64,000 nucleotides of DNA from Hyaloraphidium curvatum SAG 235-1 (Eukaryota; Fungi; Monoblepharomycota), in assembly GCA_025558095.1 (NCBI GenBank), contig JAIVFI010000032.1, positions 1 to 64,000 on the forward strand, given 5' to 3'. Position numbers and translations under genes: made by a program. The notes below the pieces were generated by a model, which ran no database searches, was not told the origin of the DNA, and worked only from the letters and a program-made list of their open reading frames with translations. Position 1 is the stretch's first letter, and every line of letters starts with the position of its first letter. Shown here piece by piece: positions 32,483-42,727 of the stretch.

Positions 32483-35400
32483 TCACTCGCTGTCCTCGTC
32501 CTCGTCCCCCAGCACGAACCCCAGATCCTCCTCGTCCATGTCGTCCTCGTCCAGCATCTCCAGCCCCTCGTCCTCCGCCAGCTGCCCCAGCCCCTCCGGC
32601 ACCAGCCGCGGCGTGTACTCCATCGTCAGCCCCGTGTCCGCGCGCGCCACCGCCGGCGCGCGCGCGGCCATCTCCATCTCCGGGGTGGATGTGACCTTCT
32701 TGGCCGCGGAAAAGGTGGTGTCCTTGCGCAGCGACGCCGCGGTGCCGTCCCGCCTGAGCCCGGCCTCCTTCTCGCGCTCCTTCTCCTTCTCCCGCTCGGC
32801 GCGCGCGCGCTTGCGCTCCTCCCGCTCCGCCTTCTTGTCCTCCGTGGGCGGCTGCAGGATCTGGAAGGGCAGGGGGACGTCGAGCACGGCGCGGTAGAGG
32901 CCGCAGTTGTTGAGGTGCTCGTTCTCCATCCGGAAGCTGGCCAACGCGGGGAAAGCTCGGTCAGCCGACGGTCGGGGGACGCCGACGCGCACCTACAAGT
33001 TCCACTGGAACCGGCGGTACACCTCGAGCAGCGCAAACAGCAGCGCCAGGATCCGGCCGTCGATGAGGATCCCCCAGTAGGACGGGGAGATGAGCAGCAC
33101 CCAGTTGACCCTCAGCGCCGCGTTGAGCACGATGGCGATGTAGTACACCGCGATCGGGGCGTAGCGGAGCTCCTTGCGCAGGAGAAAGTGCTTGTCCCTG
33201 AACTCGAGGATGCGGAACAGGCCCCAGTCTGCGGCCACGGGGAGTCAGCGTGTCCGCTCCGAGCAAAAGAGAGACAGCCCACCGTAGTAAACGTCCCACG
33301 CGTACGAATACGTCGCGCTCAGCGCCGCCGTCGCGATCCACAAACCCCGGGCCGCGTCCCCGCCCGATATCTTGGACCACGTCGAGAACCAGATGACGAG
33401 CAGGGACAGCACGTACTTGCACCCGTTCGCCCCGTGCGGCCACGCGTTCCCCGTCTCGCGCCACCGCAGGAGGCACTGCCCCAGCCGCCACAGCGCCGGA
33501 AACGAAGTCGGCAAGGCGACGAAGTACGTGGCACCCATGGGGCAGGCGGCGCCGAGGTCCTCCCAGTGCGAGATGTAGGCGCACGCAAACGCCTGGATGG
33601 AGGTGAAGGTGTAGGTGACGCTGTTGAGCTCGTCGGTGATGAAGAAATCGCGGAACTCGACCCGCGCGGTGCCGAGGGCGTTGAACGACACGATGCGGGC
33701 CATGGTGCGGATGAACCACCACCGCGCCGAGCGGTGCAGCTGGTCAAAGGGCCAGAGGGCAAAGAGAAGGAGGACGCCGGCGAGGATGGCGGGGTAGAGG
33801 GTGCGCGGGATGAAGGGGAGGAAGTTGAAGCCCACAGAGAGGTACAGGGCGTAGCCGACGAGGACGATGGCCCAGAGGGCGAGCTCCTGCAGCTGGTAGG
33901 GGGTCAGGTAGTCGCGCGGGTTCCACTCGAAGATGAAGGGGTAGTTGATCTGCACCCGGGCGTAGGCCAGGCTGTTGACGCCAAAGAGGTAGAGGAGGAG
34001 CAGGGGGACGAAGAACCCGCCGTAGATCTTTCCTGGTGCGTCAGCACAGACTCCAATAGCCGCGAGCAAGGTGCACTTTACCTGAAGCATGACCCGGATG
34101 TCCTGCGGGAACACCGGCTCGTTGACCGCGATGCTGATGCACGAATACACCGTCGCCACGGCCGGCGGCAGCACCAAGCCCAGCAGCAGCCCGCTCCTGT
34201 ACGTCGGCCCAAAGTCACCCCTCCGCGCCGGCACCGCGGCTAGGGACGCGTGCGGCAGCCGGAGCTGGTGTACCAGCCTGCGGCGCTCCGAGGGCGGGAC
34301 GACGCGTTCTGAGGGGGGGGAGGGGAACGGGGGGGCGGTGCAGAGGTGCACGTAGAGGTCCTCGGTGGCGAGGACGAGCTTGGGGACGAGGGTGCTGGCG
34401 ACGAACGAGGCGGGCACTGGTAGACGGAGGGTGAGACGTCGAGGCGTGCGTCGCGAGAACGAGGGAACCCACGGACGCGCTCCGTGAACCACTTCTTCCC
34501 GAGCCCCTTCTCCACCGTGCCGCCATTCGCCCCTTCGTCGGTCGCCAGGCTCTTGATGCTCGGCGCCTTCCCCCCTCCCGCCGCCGCCCCCTTCTCGGCC
34601 TTCCTCCGCTCCTTCTCCGCCCCCGCCGCGACCCGCAGCACCTCGTCCATCCGCCTCGCCGCGCGCTCGAGCGCCCCCCTGTTGAGCGACTGGAAGTTGC
34701 GCACGAGGCTGAGGAAGCGGTAGTACTCCATCACCGCCTTGGTCAGGTTGTGCCGCGCGTCGGCGAGCGAGCGGACGCTGGCGAGCGGGGCGACGAGGAG
34801 CTCCGCGGGGGAGGCGGGGGAGTACGCGGGGGAGGCGGCGGCGACGGAGCGGAGGGAGGCGGCGGTGGGGAGGCGGCCGGTGGAGATGCCGAGTTCGGTA
34901 GGGGGGCGGTGCGGGCCGTGCGGGGAGGAGGCGGCGGCGGTGGGGCGGTGCCGGAGGAGGTTGGAGGGGGACATTGGGAAGAGCGGGGTGGCGTCGGGGG
35001 GATGTTCGGGGCGGGGAGGTCGGAGGTGCCGGCGAGAGAGGGTTTGGAGGCCGCGGGGCCGAGGACCAAAGGGGTGTTGGGGAGGCCCGGCGGGGGGGTG
35101 TCGGTGCGGGAAGGGGAGAGCACGACGTTGGGGGTACCGGTGATGCCGGCGGGGGAGGGGGTCGCCGACACGGTGCCGTTGAGGGGCGTCCCCGCGGTCC
35201 CGTCTCCGGAAAAGCCGTTGGAAGAGCCCGGCCGCACGGCGGGCGACTTGGAGCCCGAGCCCTTGCCGCCAAAGATGCGCCCCCACTCGGACCTAGACAC
35301 CACCTTTGGCGTCTTGGGCAGGTCCGACGTCTTGTTGGCGCGATTGACGGCCGACGCCGGCACCGAGATGGGCTGGGTCGGCAGCCTGCCCCCTTTCGAG

Positions 35401-35867
35401 GTATCCCAGTCCAGCGTGAAGGCCGCGAAGCCGAACGGGAACTCGTCCGCGCGCCGCCGCGCGCTGGTGTCAAATCTGGCGCCCGCCTTTTCGGTGCGCA
35501 GCCGCTCCTCGAGCTCCTCGATCAGCCGCGCCTGCGAGATGAGCGCGTTCCACCGCTCCACGGCCTCCCTCTCGCGCAGCCGGTAGAAGTCGTCGACCTT
35601 TTCCAGCTGGCGGTCGAGCAGCGCCAGCAGCGGCGCCCACGGCGGTTCCTGTTCCGCACGGTCCGGCGCCGGCAGCTCCTCGGGCACGGCGACCAGCCCG
35701 CCGCCCATCGCGGGCAGGTCCACGCGCGGCGTCGGCACGCGCGGCGGCGCGAGCAGCGCGGCCTCGAGGTCGCGCAGCGCCTTCTTGAGCTTGCCGTACG
35801 AGACGTACTTGGCGCGCCATTCCGAGACGAGCTCCTCCTCGAAGTACAAAGAGAACTTGGTCGGCAT
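32483..35867 (-). CDS. SYG1: SPX-EXS phosphate exporter (SYG1/XPR1/PHO1 family)
   Basis: MPTKFSLYFEEELVSEWRAKYVSYGKLKK, QLEKVDDFY (SPX); INYPFIFE, VEFRDFFITDELNS, YSYAWDV..DWGL, LEVYRRFQWN.FRMENEHLNNCG.YRA (EXS); multi-exon. Confidence 0.93.
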
Positions 35868-36137
35868 CGCGGCAACGTCCTGCCCACCGCGGAACACACG
35901 AACTGCCGGACTACGCGGGACTCGTTCCGCAGCCCCTTAGGAACACTTTAGGCACCGCCTAGCCAGACCCATGGCCGGACCGGCACCAGGTCCGCAGGGG
36001 GAGACGTGGCGGGCCAGGAAAATCCCTTGCCCAAACACCACGTCCGTCTCCGAGCCTCCGGAGTTCGGGGAGCACAGCTTAGTTTCCTCCGTATCTTTCT
36101 CCGGCCCTGCTCTTTGCCAGCTTCAGTCGGCCCGAGC

Positions 36138-36920
36138 ATGGCCGTGGAGTACCACAATGTGACCCTCTGCGTCGTGGCCGGCCTCTGCGTTGTGGCCTGG
36201 CACTTCACGCACGGCTTCCGGCTGCCCGTCGCCGCCGTGCGCAGCGTCATCGCCGCCAAGTCCCTGGCACCGCATTTGCCCGATATTGACGCGTGGAGGG
36301 CCCGCGCCGTCGGCTCGCTGGACCGGACGTGCTACGGCTGCGGCCTCGCCGACGGGGTTACCCTACGCACGGACCTGAACCTGCGGCCCGCCCCCGCGCC
36401 GTCCCACGATCCCAGCGGGCGGGAATGAGTATAAGATAATCTATGGAGCATTACGATAGTCTAGAGAGCTAAGAGGAGGAATGCCAAGAGTACCTCCTAA
36501 TCCTCCTCATCTGATTCTGGAAGGCTGCTTAGTATTCCGACCGTGCGGAAGGAGTACGGATCGTGCTCCCTTCGCGCTACTCTTGTCGGTCGACCTCCCG
36601 GTCGAAAACGTAGGAGCTGGGACCGGTGCTGACCCAGCGCTCGATACCCACATGGCCCCGAACCTCGCTAGGGTCGTCTCACCTCGGGAAATGAGATTGC
36701 ACGAAGCCAGGGACATTTAGCTGTGGAGCACGCGGGGGCCGATCCCGAGGGGCTGGGTGAGGGGAACTTCTGCCCCCGGTGCGACGCCGAGTCGTCGCAG
36801 CGCGACCGTGGGATGCAGCGCTGGGGGAGGTGCAAGTCGGTGCGGTACTGCTCGGTAGATTGCCAGAAAGCACAGGGGCCGGAGAACAAGGCCTCGTGCG
36901 CGCCGAGGGGTGGGCAGTGA
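36138..36920 (+). pseudogene. Degenerate MYND zinc-finger gene, interrupted
   Basis: FCPRC...MQRWGRCKSVRYCSVDCQKAQGPENKASC is a MYND pattern with lost ligands (C to W, WxxH to GPEN). An upstream ORF piece (36138-36428) is separated from it by about 290 bp of lower-GC DNA. Confidence 0.55.
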
Positions 36921-37375
36921 TGGGCCAAGTCGAAGAATGGGAGTTGCTTGCGGCTAGACATCGAATCCTCAGTTGCGGTTCTCGCCCTCCACCAGAGCGG
37001 GGGAACGCCTCAACCACTTGACCATTCGGAGGATTATATACACGACCATTGTCCAGTCCTTTCCATCAGCGTGGCCGTCTTTTCCGCATGTTGGGCGCTG
37101 ATCGTGCAGCCAATCTCCGGACATTGAAGTAGTGCTACTGGAACAGAGCTGCGCCACAGTGGGCGGCCGTCGCGCAAACTCCGGATCTACCAGTCGTCGC
37201 CTGATCGAGTTGTTTACCGATTGTTTACCTTCCGCAGCATTTCCTCACTCCGCCCTGGAATCTCGCCAGCCCCACGAATCCCACGTCTAGTACAGACCGT
37301 CGCGAGCAGCAGACTTCTGGACCCAGGGGATGACTAGAGGGGTGGTGTGACCAGCGTCGATTTCGAGGGGAGACA

Positions 37376-38968
37376 ATGGAGACCGACGCCCGGGATCCCC
37401 CCGCCGACCGGGTTCCGACCGCGCCTCGGCCGCTCTTTTCTCCTGCAGAATGGCTCTGCCTGTTGCCGGCGGCGCGGGAACCCCAAACGCGCGTGTCGAC
37501 GCTGGCGGCGCTGCTCCCGACCAACCCGGATCCCGCGGCGGCACTGCGGACCGCGAAGCCGCTGACCCCCGCGGAAATGAGGCACGCGATGGAAGTCGAC
37601 GGAGGCGCTCTGCTCCGCGCGGCGCTGACGTGGCAGCTCCGGATGTCCGAGCTCGGACGCGCGACTTTCGCCCTCGTGACCGTCTCGACGATGGCGGCGC
37701 TGGTGCCGCTCACTGCCGCCATGGTGCTCTGCGACACCGGCGGCGAGTACTCCCCGGCCAGCCAGGCAGTGGGACTCGCGGGCGTCTGGGCCCTCTGGGG
37801 CATTGCTTTCGTCCAGATCTGGGCCGGCGTGCACAAGTTCGTCGTCGACCGGTACTATCGGGCTATCAAGTCCGGCGAAGAGGAAGAAAGGGACGCCGAG
37901 GGACAGTTGCCGGCGGCACAGGACCTTTCCCGGCACCCTTTTGCGACCATGGCGAGGTGGCTCCAGTTGGTCGGGTCGGACGGCGCACCGCCGAGTTCCC
38001 CCGGATCGATCCTCCTGGCGGAAAGCCACCGCACGGGAGGAAGCGGGCTCGTATCGCACAGGGAAGGCAACGCCGACTGCCCCTGCTTCGCCTGCGCGCG
38101 CCCCCTCGTTCCTCTTGCGGGCCAGCTCCGCGCCCTCGAGTTCGCCGCCCGCGCGGCATTTGTCTTCGCCTCCGTCGTCTTTTCCACCCCTGCGCTGCTC
38201 AGCTATCCTGCAACCGTGTGGACCACCTGGTGGACGGCGCTCGCGGCGGCGGTGTTCCTGGCGGCGCTGGGATTCAGCGGGCTGCTGTTTGCGGGGACCA
38301 GGGTGCCGACCAACCTGGCCCTGCTGGACCTGGAGTCCCGCCTGCACCGCCGCGCGCTGCTCCTGGCCCTGCGCGAGTTCCTGGACCGGTACGGCCGGGC
38401 GGTCTCTGAGGGCAGCGGGGCGGAGGGGCCGGCAGCACCCGCCGACGAAACCTACGTCGTCCTGTTCCGATCCCTCGTCTCGGTCTGGAAAGACCGCTTC
38501 CCCGCCCTCCTCACCGGCACGGCCGTCGTCACGCGCCTCCTCGTGATCCCCGCCGCCGCCGCCGTCGCCTGCATCGCCGCCGGCTCGTGCGTGCCCCTCT
38601 GGACCGTCGTCGTCCTGGCCTCGTGCTTCGTGCTTCTCCTCGTGGACCTGGTCAACCACGCCGCGGCAAACGCGCAGATCGGCGGCTGCGTTGCGCTGCT
38701 GGGCCTCGCCCGCGCCGAAGCCCGGGAGCTCCTCGCCTCCTCCGCCTCGCGCCCGGGGCCCGCGAGGGAAGCCCTCGCGCAGCACGCGGAACTGATGGCG
38801 GCGCTGGCGGGGTCGGCGGGCAGCGGCGCGCGGCTGTTTGGGGCCGTGGTGAGCTACGGCGTGGTGAGGGCCGCGGCGGCGACGGTGTTCACCGTGGCGA
38901 TCGGGCTGTGGGGGGTGCTGAGGGGGACGGGGGTGAGGGTGGAGATTGCGGTGGCGTGCGCGGCGTGA
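37376..38968 (+). CDS. 7-TM protein, GR/OR-like 7TM ion-channel family (member 2)
   Basis: Intronless 530 aa; FSPAEW, MARWLQL, HREGNADCPCFAC, GSCVP, GARLFGAVVSYGVVRAAAATVFT. Confidence 0.75.
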   Translation: METDARDPPADRVPTAPRPLFSPAEWLCLLPAAREPQTRVSTLAALLPTNPDPAAALRTAKPLTPAEMRHAMEVDGGALLRAALTWQLRMSELGRATFALVTVSTMAALVPLTAAMVLCDTGGEYSPASQAVGLAGVWALWGIAFVQIWAGVHKFVVDRYYRAIKSGEEEERDAEGQLPAAQDLSRHPFATMARWLQLVGSDGAPPSSPGSILLAESHRTGGSGLVSHREGNADCPCFACARPLVPLAGQLRALEFAARAAFVFASVVFSTPALLSYPATVWTTWWTALAAAVFLAALGFSGLLFAGTRVPTNLALLDLESRLHRRALLLALREFLDRYGRAVSEGSGAEGPAAPADETYVVLFRSLVSVWKDRFPALLTGTAVVTRLLVIPAAAAVACIAAGSCVPLWTVVVLASCFVLLLVDLVNHAAANAQIGGCVALLGLARAEARELLASSASRPGPAREALAQHAELMAALAGSAGSGARLFGAVVSYGVVRAAAATVFTVAIGLWGVLRGTGVRVEIAVACAA

Positions 38969-39282
38969 TGGACCGGGACGGGCTGCCTTCACTCGGCCGG
39001 GGTGCCTCCGGGCGTGAGTGACATCAACCTATGCTGCTGGACAGTTGGACGGATTCGTGGAGGTGCGAAGGGTGCGCCGCGACCGAGCGCTGTACGCAGA
39101 GCACGTTGCTATAGAGCTCGTCCTCGCTGGATAGGCAGCCGGCTGGAGGACCGATGCCGATGACCGGGGATCGCTGGGTTGCCAACGGCGCCTTTACCAA
39201 GCACCACCGTACACATCCACGGAATGACCAATCCATGCCGATCCCCAGACGAAGCCCAGATCCAATGCCACCCCCCTGCGCC

Positions 39283-40646
39283 TCAGAACGCCTCGGGCCC
39301 GGGCGTCGCCCGCGCCTTGAGCGCGCGCCTGTATCCCTGGTCGGCGAACGCGCGCGCGACCAGCTCGCGCCGCCCCAGGCGGACCGTGGTGATTTCCTGC
39401 GCGCGGGGCGGTCAGCTCGCATGCACGCACGCGCATCGGGATCGGCTCACCGTCGTGGAAACCTCGAAGAAGTCGCCGCCGCCAGGGGGCGCGGGCGGCT
39501 GCCCGCTGGCGTCGGCCTTGAACACCAGGGCGCCGGACTGCCCCTCGATCTGCACGGCGTACGTCTCGCCCGGGTTGAGGTTGGTCGGGAGGCGGATGGT
39601 GCAGCGGCCGTCGGCCAGGGTGATGCACTGCCCGAGGATGACGGTCTGACGGGCGCCGAGGCGGCGGGTGGGGCCGTTGAGGACGACGAGGGCGCCGGAG
39701 CGGGGGGTGTCCGGGGGGTTCTGGTAGATGCCGTCGCCGGCAACGTCTGGAGGAGGCGGGGGAGGGGGTGAGCGGGGCCGGCGGGGGAGCGATGGGGAGG
39801 CGCACCGTTGAAGGCAAACACGGGGATGACCACCGCCGCCGGCTGCGTGACCGTCCTTGTGACCGTCTTGGTGGTCGTCTTGACCGTCGTCGTCTTTATC
39901 CTCGTCGTGGTCTTTGTGCGGGTGCGGTACGACGTGACCTTGGTCAGCCTGCAGCACCGCCTCGTGTTGCCCGAGCCGCTGGCGGCGGGCACGACGCCCT
40001 GCGGGCAGTAGCCGCAGACGCCCGTGCGCTGCTCCTGCCGGGCATACAGGTTGTGCTCGTCGCCGTCGGGGGCCGTGAAGTCTTCCGTCTCGTCGGGGAA
40101 CGACCTCTCGTTGAATGGCTCCTCCACCACCTCCTCGGCCGGGCTCTCGGCGGCGGCGGGCTCGGGTTCGGGCAGATCCCGCTCCAGCACTTGCGCGGAG
40201 GGTGCCTGCTCAACCTCCGCAAAGGGCGCCTCCCCATCGCGGGCTTCGAGCCGGCGCCGGTTGAGAGACGTGGTCGTGACGGTTCGGGTGACTGTTCTCG
40301 TGCGCTTGAGTGTCTTGACTGCCGTGCGCGTCCTGTACTTTGTGGAGATGACCGTCCTGCTCTTTGGGCAGCAGCAGCCGCCGCCCCAGCCGTTGTTGTT
40401 GCTGCCATCGGTGCCCGCGGGTGAGTCCTTATCGCGGGGGACCGGCGTGGGCTGCCCACCAGGTCGGCGCCTTGACCCAGACGAGCGAGGGCGTGTTGGG
40501 GCTGACGCCCTGCGCGGCCGCGGGCAGCGCGGCGGCCAGCGCGGCGGCGGCGCCGAGGAGCGCGAGCAGAGTCGCCGGGAGGACCTGTCGGCGGCGGGCG
40601 GTGTCAGCGGGGCGCGGCGGCCGCCGGCGCGCGGGCGCACCTTCAT
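39283..40646 (-). CDS. Secreted protein with two Cys/Thr/Lys/Arg-rich repeats and an SdrD-B/CnaB-like C-terminal domain
   Basis: MK|VLPATLLALLGAAAALAAALPAAAQ signal after a micro-exon; CCCPKSRTVISTKYRTRT... and CCRLTKVTSYRTRTKT...; VFAFN|DVAGDGIYQ...GALVVL...TLADGRCTI; four introns. Confidence 0.65.
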
Positions 40647-41260
40647 CGCGGCAGATCGCGTCCGGCGCGAGTGCGATGCGGCGGCGGGACGCTGTGGGCC
40701 CCCGGGCACAGCGCTTTTCATGAGTCCCTCTGCGGGCGGCTGACGAGGAACGTCAGGCAGGGGGACTGCCGCACCTCAGCCCCATGACCTAACCCACCGC
40801 CCCGTGGCCGACGAGGTCCGCGACAGGCCCGGCGCTCGTCGGTGATCACCCTGCGAAATGTTCCGTCCATTTCCGGCGCGATTCGCTTCCCCCGGGCCGC
40901 CGAAGCGAGCACGGTGCTTTGGCGGGTCCTCCCCCAGCCGCCATGCAACTTTCCAAGGGGCGGCTTCCGCCGGTGCACGGGCAGCATCGGCACCACGGGT
41001 TCTGTGATCTGGTCCGAGCCATCACCTTGCATTCGTTCTCAGTGTTTTCCGAAGCAAAGCAGTGGGTTGGCGCGGGAAGGGCGCACACAGCGCTTGCGAT
41101 GCGGAGGTGGAAGAACCCGTTTCCCGCCCGCGTCTGATTGCGAACCAATCCCTGTTGGGTTTGATCAGGAATGACACAGCCAATCAGGTGATCTATGAAG
41201 CACGGACGCCATCGTCAGGCGCAAGATCTAGTGCCGCGAACACCATCCCCCTTCCCTCCT

Positions 41261-42214
41261 TCACGCCGCCGCCGCCACCACCGGCACCGGCACCGCGACG
41301 ACCGTCGGCCCTTTGCCCTTGCTCAGCAGCGCCAGCTCCTTGTCCAACACCGCGTCCTGTCTGGCCAGCCACGCCGCGACCCCCGGCCACCCCATCGCCC
41401 CGCGCACCTCCGCGGCCCCCCTCTCGACAGCCGGATCCACGCGCAGGGATCCGGGATCGATCGTCCGCCCCCTATCATCGTCTTCCAGGGCCGCCGTGAT
41501 GGCACCCCTGCCGCCGAACGCCTCCCTCGCGAACCGCTCGGCCTCCCTCCTCCACCCGTCCACGCTCCTCACGGCCGACTTGAGCGCACCCAGCAGCACC
41601 CCCATGTCCGTCGTCCGGACGGTGTTCAGGTACGCCCTCCTGATCAGCTTCGCCTGCCTCTTCTGCTCCCCCGGGTCCGCCGACGCGAGCCACCCGTTGG
41701 CCAGGCACCTGTCCACCGCCCGCGAGAGCAGCAGCACCTCCGCCAGATCCCTCCACACCCCCGTGAACGCCGTCAGCAACGCCACCATCTTCCTGATGGG
41801 GAACAGCAGCAGGGCGAGGGGCAACCCCGCCACCGCCCCGCAGCACCTCCTCGCCACCCCCCCGGCCACCGACCCGCACAGCACCGCCACGATCGCCCCG
41901 GAAGGCTGCCTCCCGTGCGCCCTCCACGTCCGCGCGACGGCAGTCCTGAGCGCGCGGTGCTTGATCGCCCGGTCGGCCATGGGGACGGGGACGAACCGCG
42001 AGGCGGCGGCGGCGAGGGCGCACAGCGCCCATTCGCGCTGCAGGCGGGAGCTGACGGTCATTCCCGGGGCGGGGGAGGGCTCGGTGGAGGCGGAGGTGGA
42101 GGAGGGAGGGCGCGCGGGGTCGTCGGAGGGCGGGGCGAGCGACGGCGCGGGGGCCTCGGAGCCGCGGGTCGAGACGGCGGTGGAGGCCAGGGGGCAGCTT
42201 TCGGTGCTCGTCAT
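41261..42214 (-). CDS. Hypothetical protein, bacterial-type (DUF697-like PVP motif)
   Basis: Intronless ORF with coding-like codon bias; ALAAAASRFVPVPMAD, LLLFPIRK; low-complexity N-terminal extension. Confidence 0.6.
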   Translation of the reverse strand: MTSTESCPLASTAVSTRGSEAPAPSLAPPSDDPARPPSSTSASTEPSPAPGMTVSSRLQREWALCALAAAASRFVPVPMADRAIKHRALRTAVARTWRAHGRQPSGAIVAVLCGSVAGGVARRCCGAVAGLPLALLLFPIRKMVALLTAFTGVWRDLAEVLLLSRAVDRCLANGWLASADPGEQKRQAKLIRRAYLNTVRTTDMGVLLGALKSAVRSVDGWRREAERFAREAFGGRGAITAALEDDDRGRTIDPGSLRVDPAVERGAAEVRGAMGWPGVAAWLARQDAVLDKELALLSKGKGPTVVAVPVPVVAAAA

Positions 42215-42727
42215 TTTGTTGGTCTTGGGCACGGAATCGCTCGGCTTGAGCCCGTTCGGGTGTTTGGGTGCACGAAGGAGATGGTGACGTGGCCCTACGG
42301 TCTGTCCGCTGCGTCGATATGTTGACGCTGCCCGAAACCGCGCAGGCAGCCTTTCTGAGGGCTGGACAACTCCAAGATTCGCAAGGGAAGAAGCAACGTG
42401 GCCGAAATGGAGTGCGGCTTCCGCCCGCGGATGCCGCAGACAGGGGCTTTCGAGCGGCTCAACGTGCCGACGCTTTTGGGGCTAGCGACCGAAGAAGATC
42501 AGAATCGCAGGAGGCACCAATTTGACGATCGGACAGCGGAAGACAACAGTCGAGAGGGGTACCAATCGGGATAGGGCTTGCGTCGCGGCACGGGATAAGT
42601 CATTGACCAAACGCCCCACGGCCAGCAATACGTCCCATCGCACATCATCATTGATTTCGTTGATTCTGCCAAAAACCGACTGAATGGGAGCGGTCAGTCA
42701 CGCGCGACATGTATCAAAACCAGCCCA

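Noticed and set aside
32408-34243. 611-aa plus-strand ORF
   Set aside because: Antisense shadow of the SYG1 EXS exons.
37376-38968. GPCR or microbial rhodopsin identity for the 7-TM family
   Set aside because: No signal peptide or DRY/NPxxY motifs, no retinal-binding Lys in TM7, and the loop-length pattern fits the inverted N-in topology.
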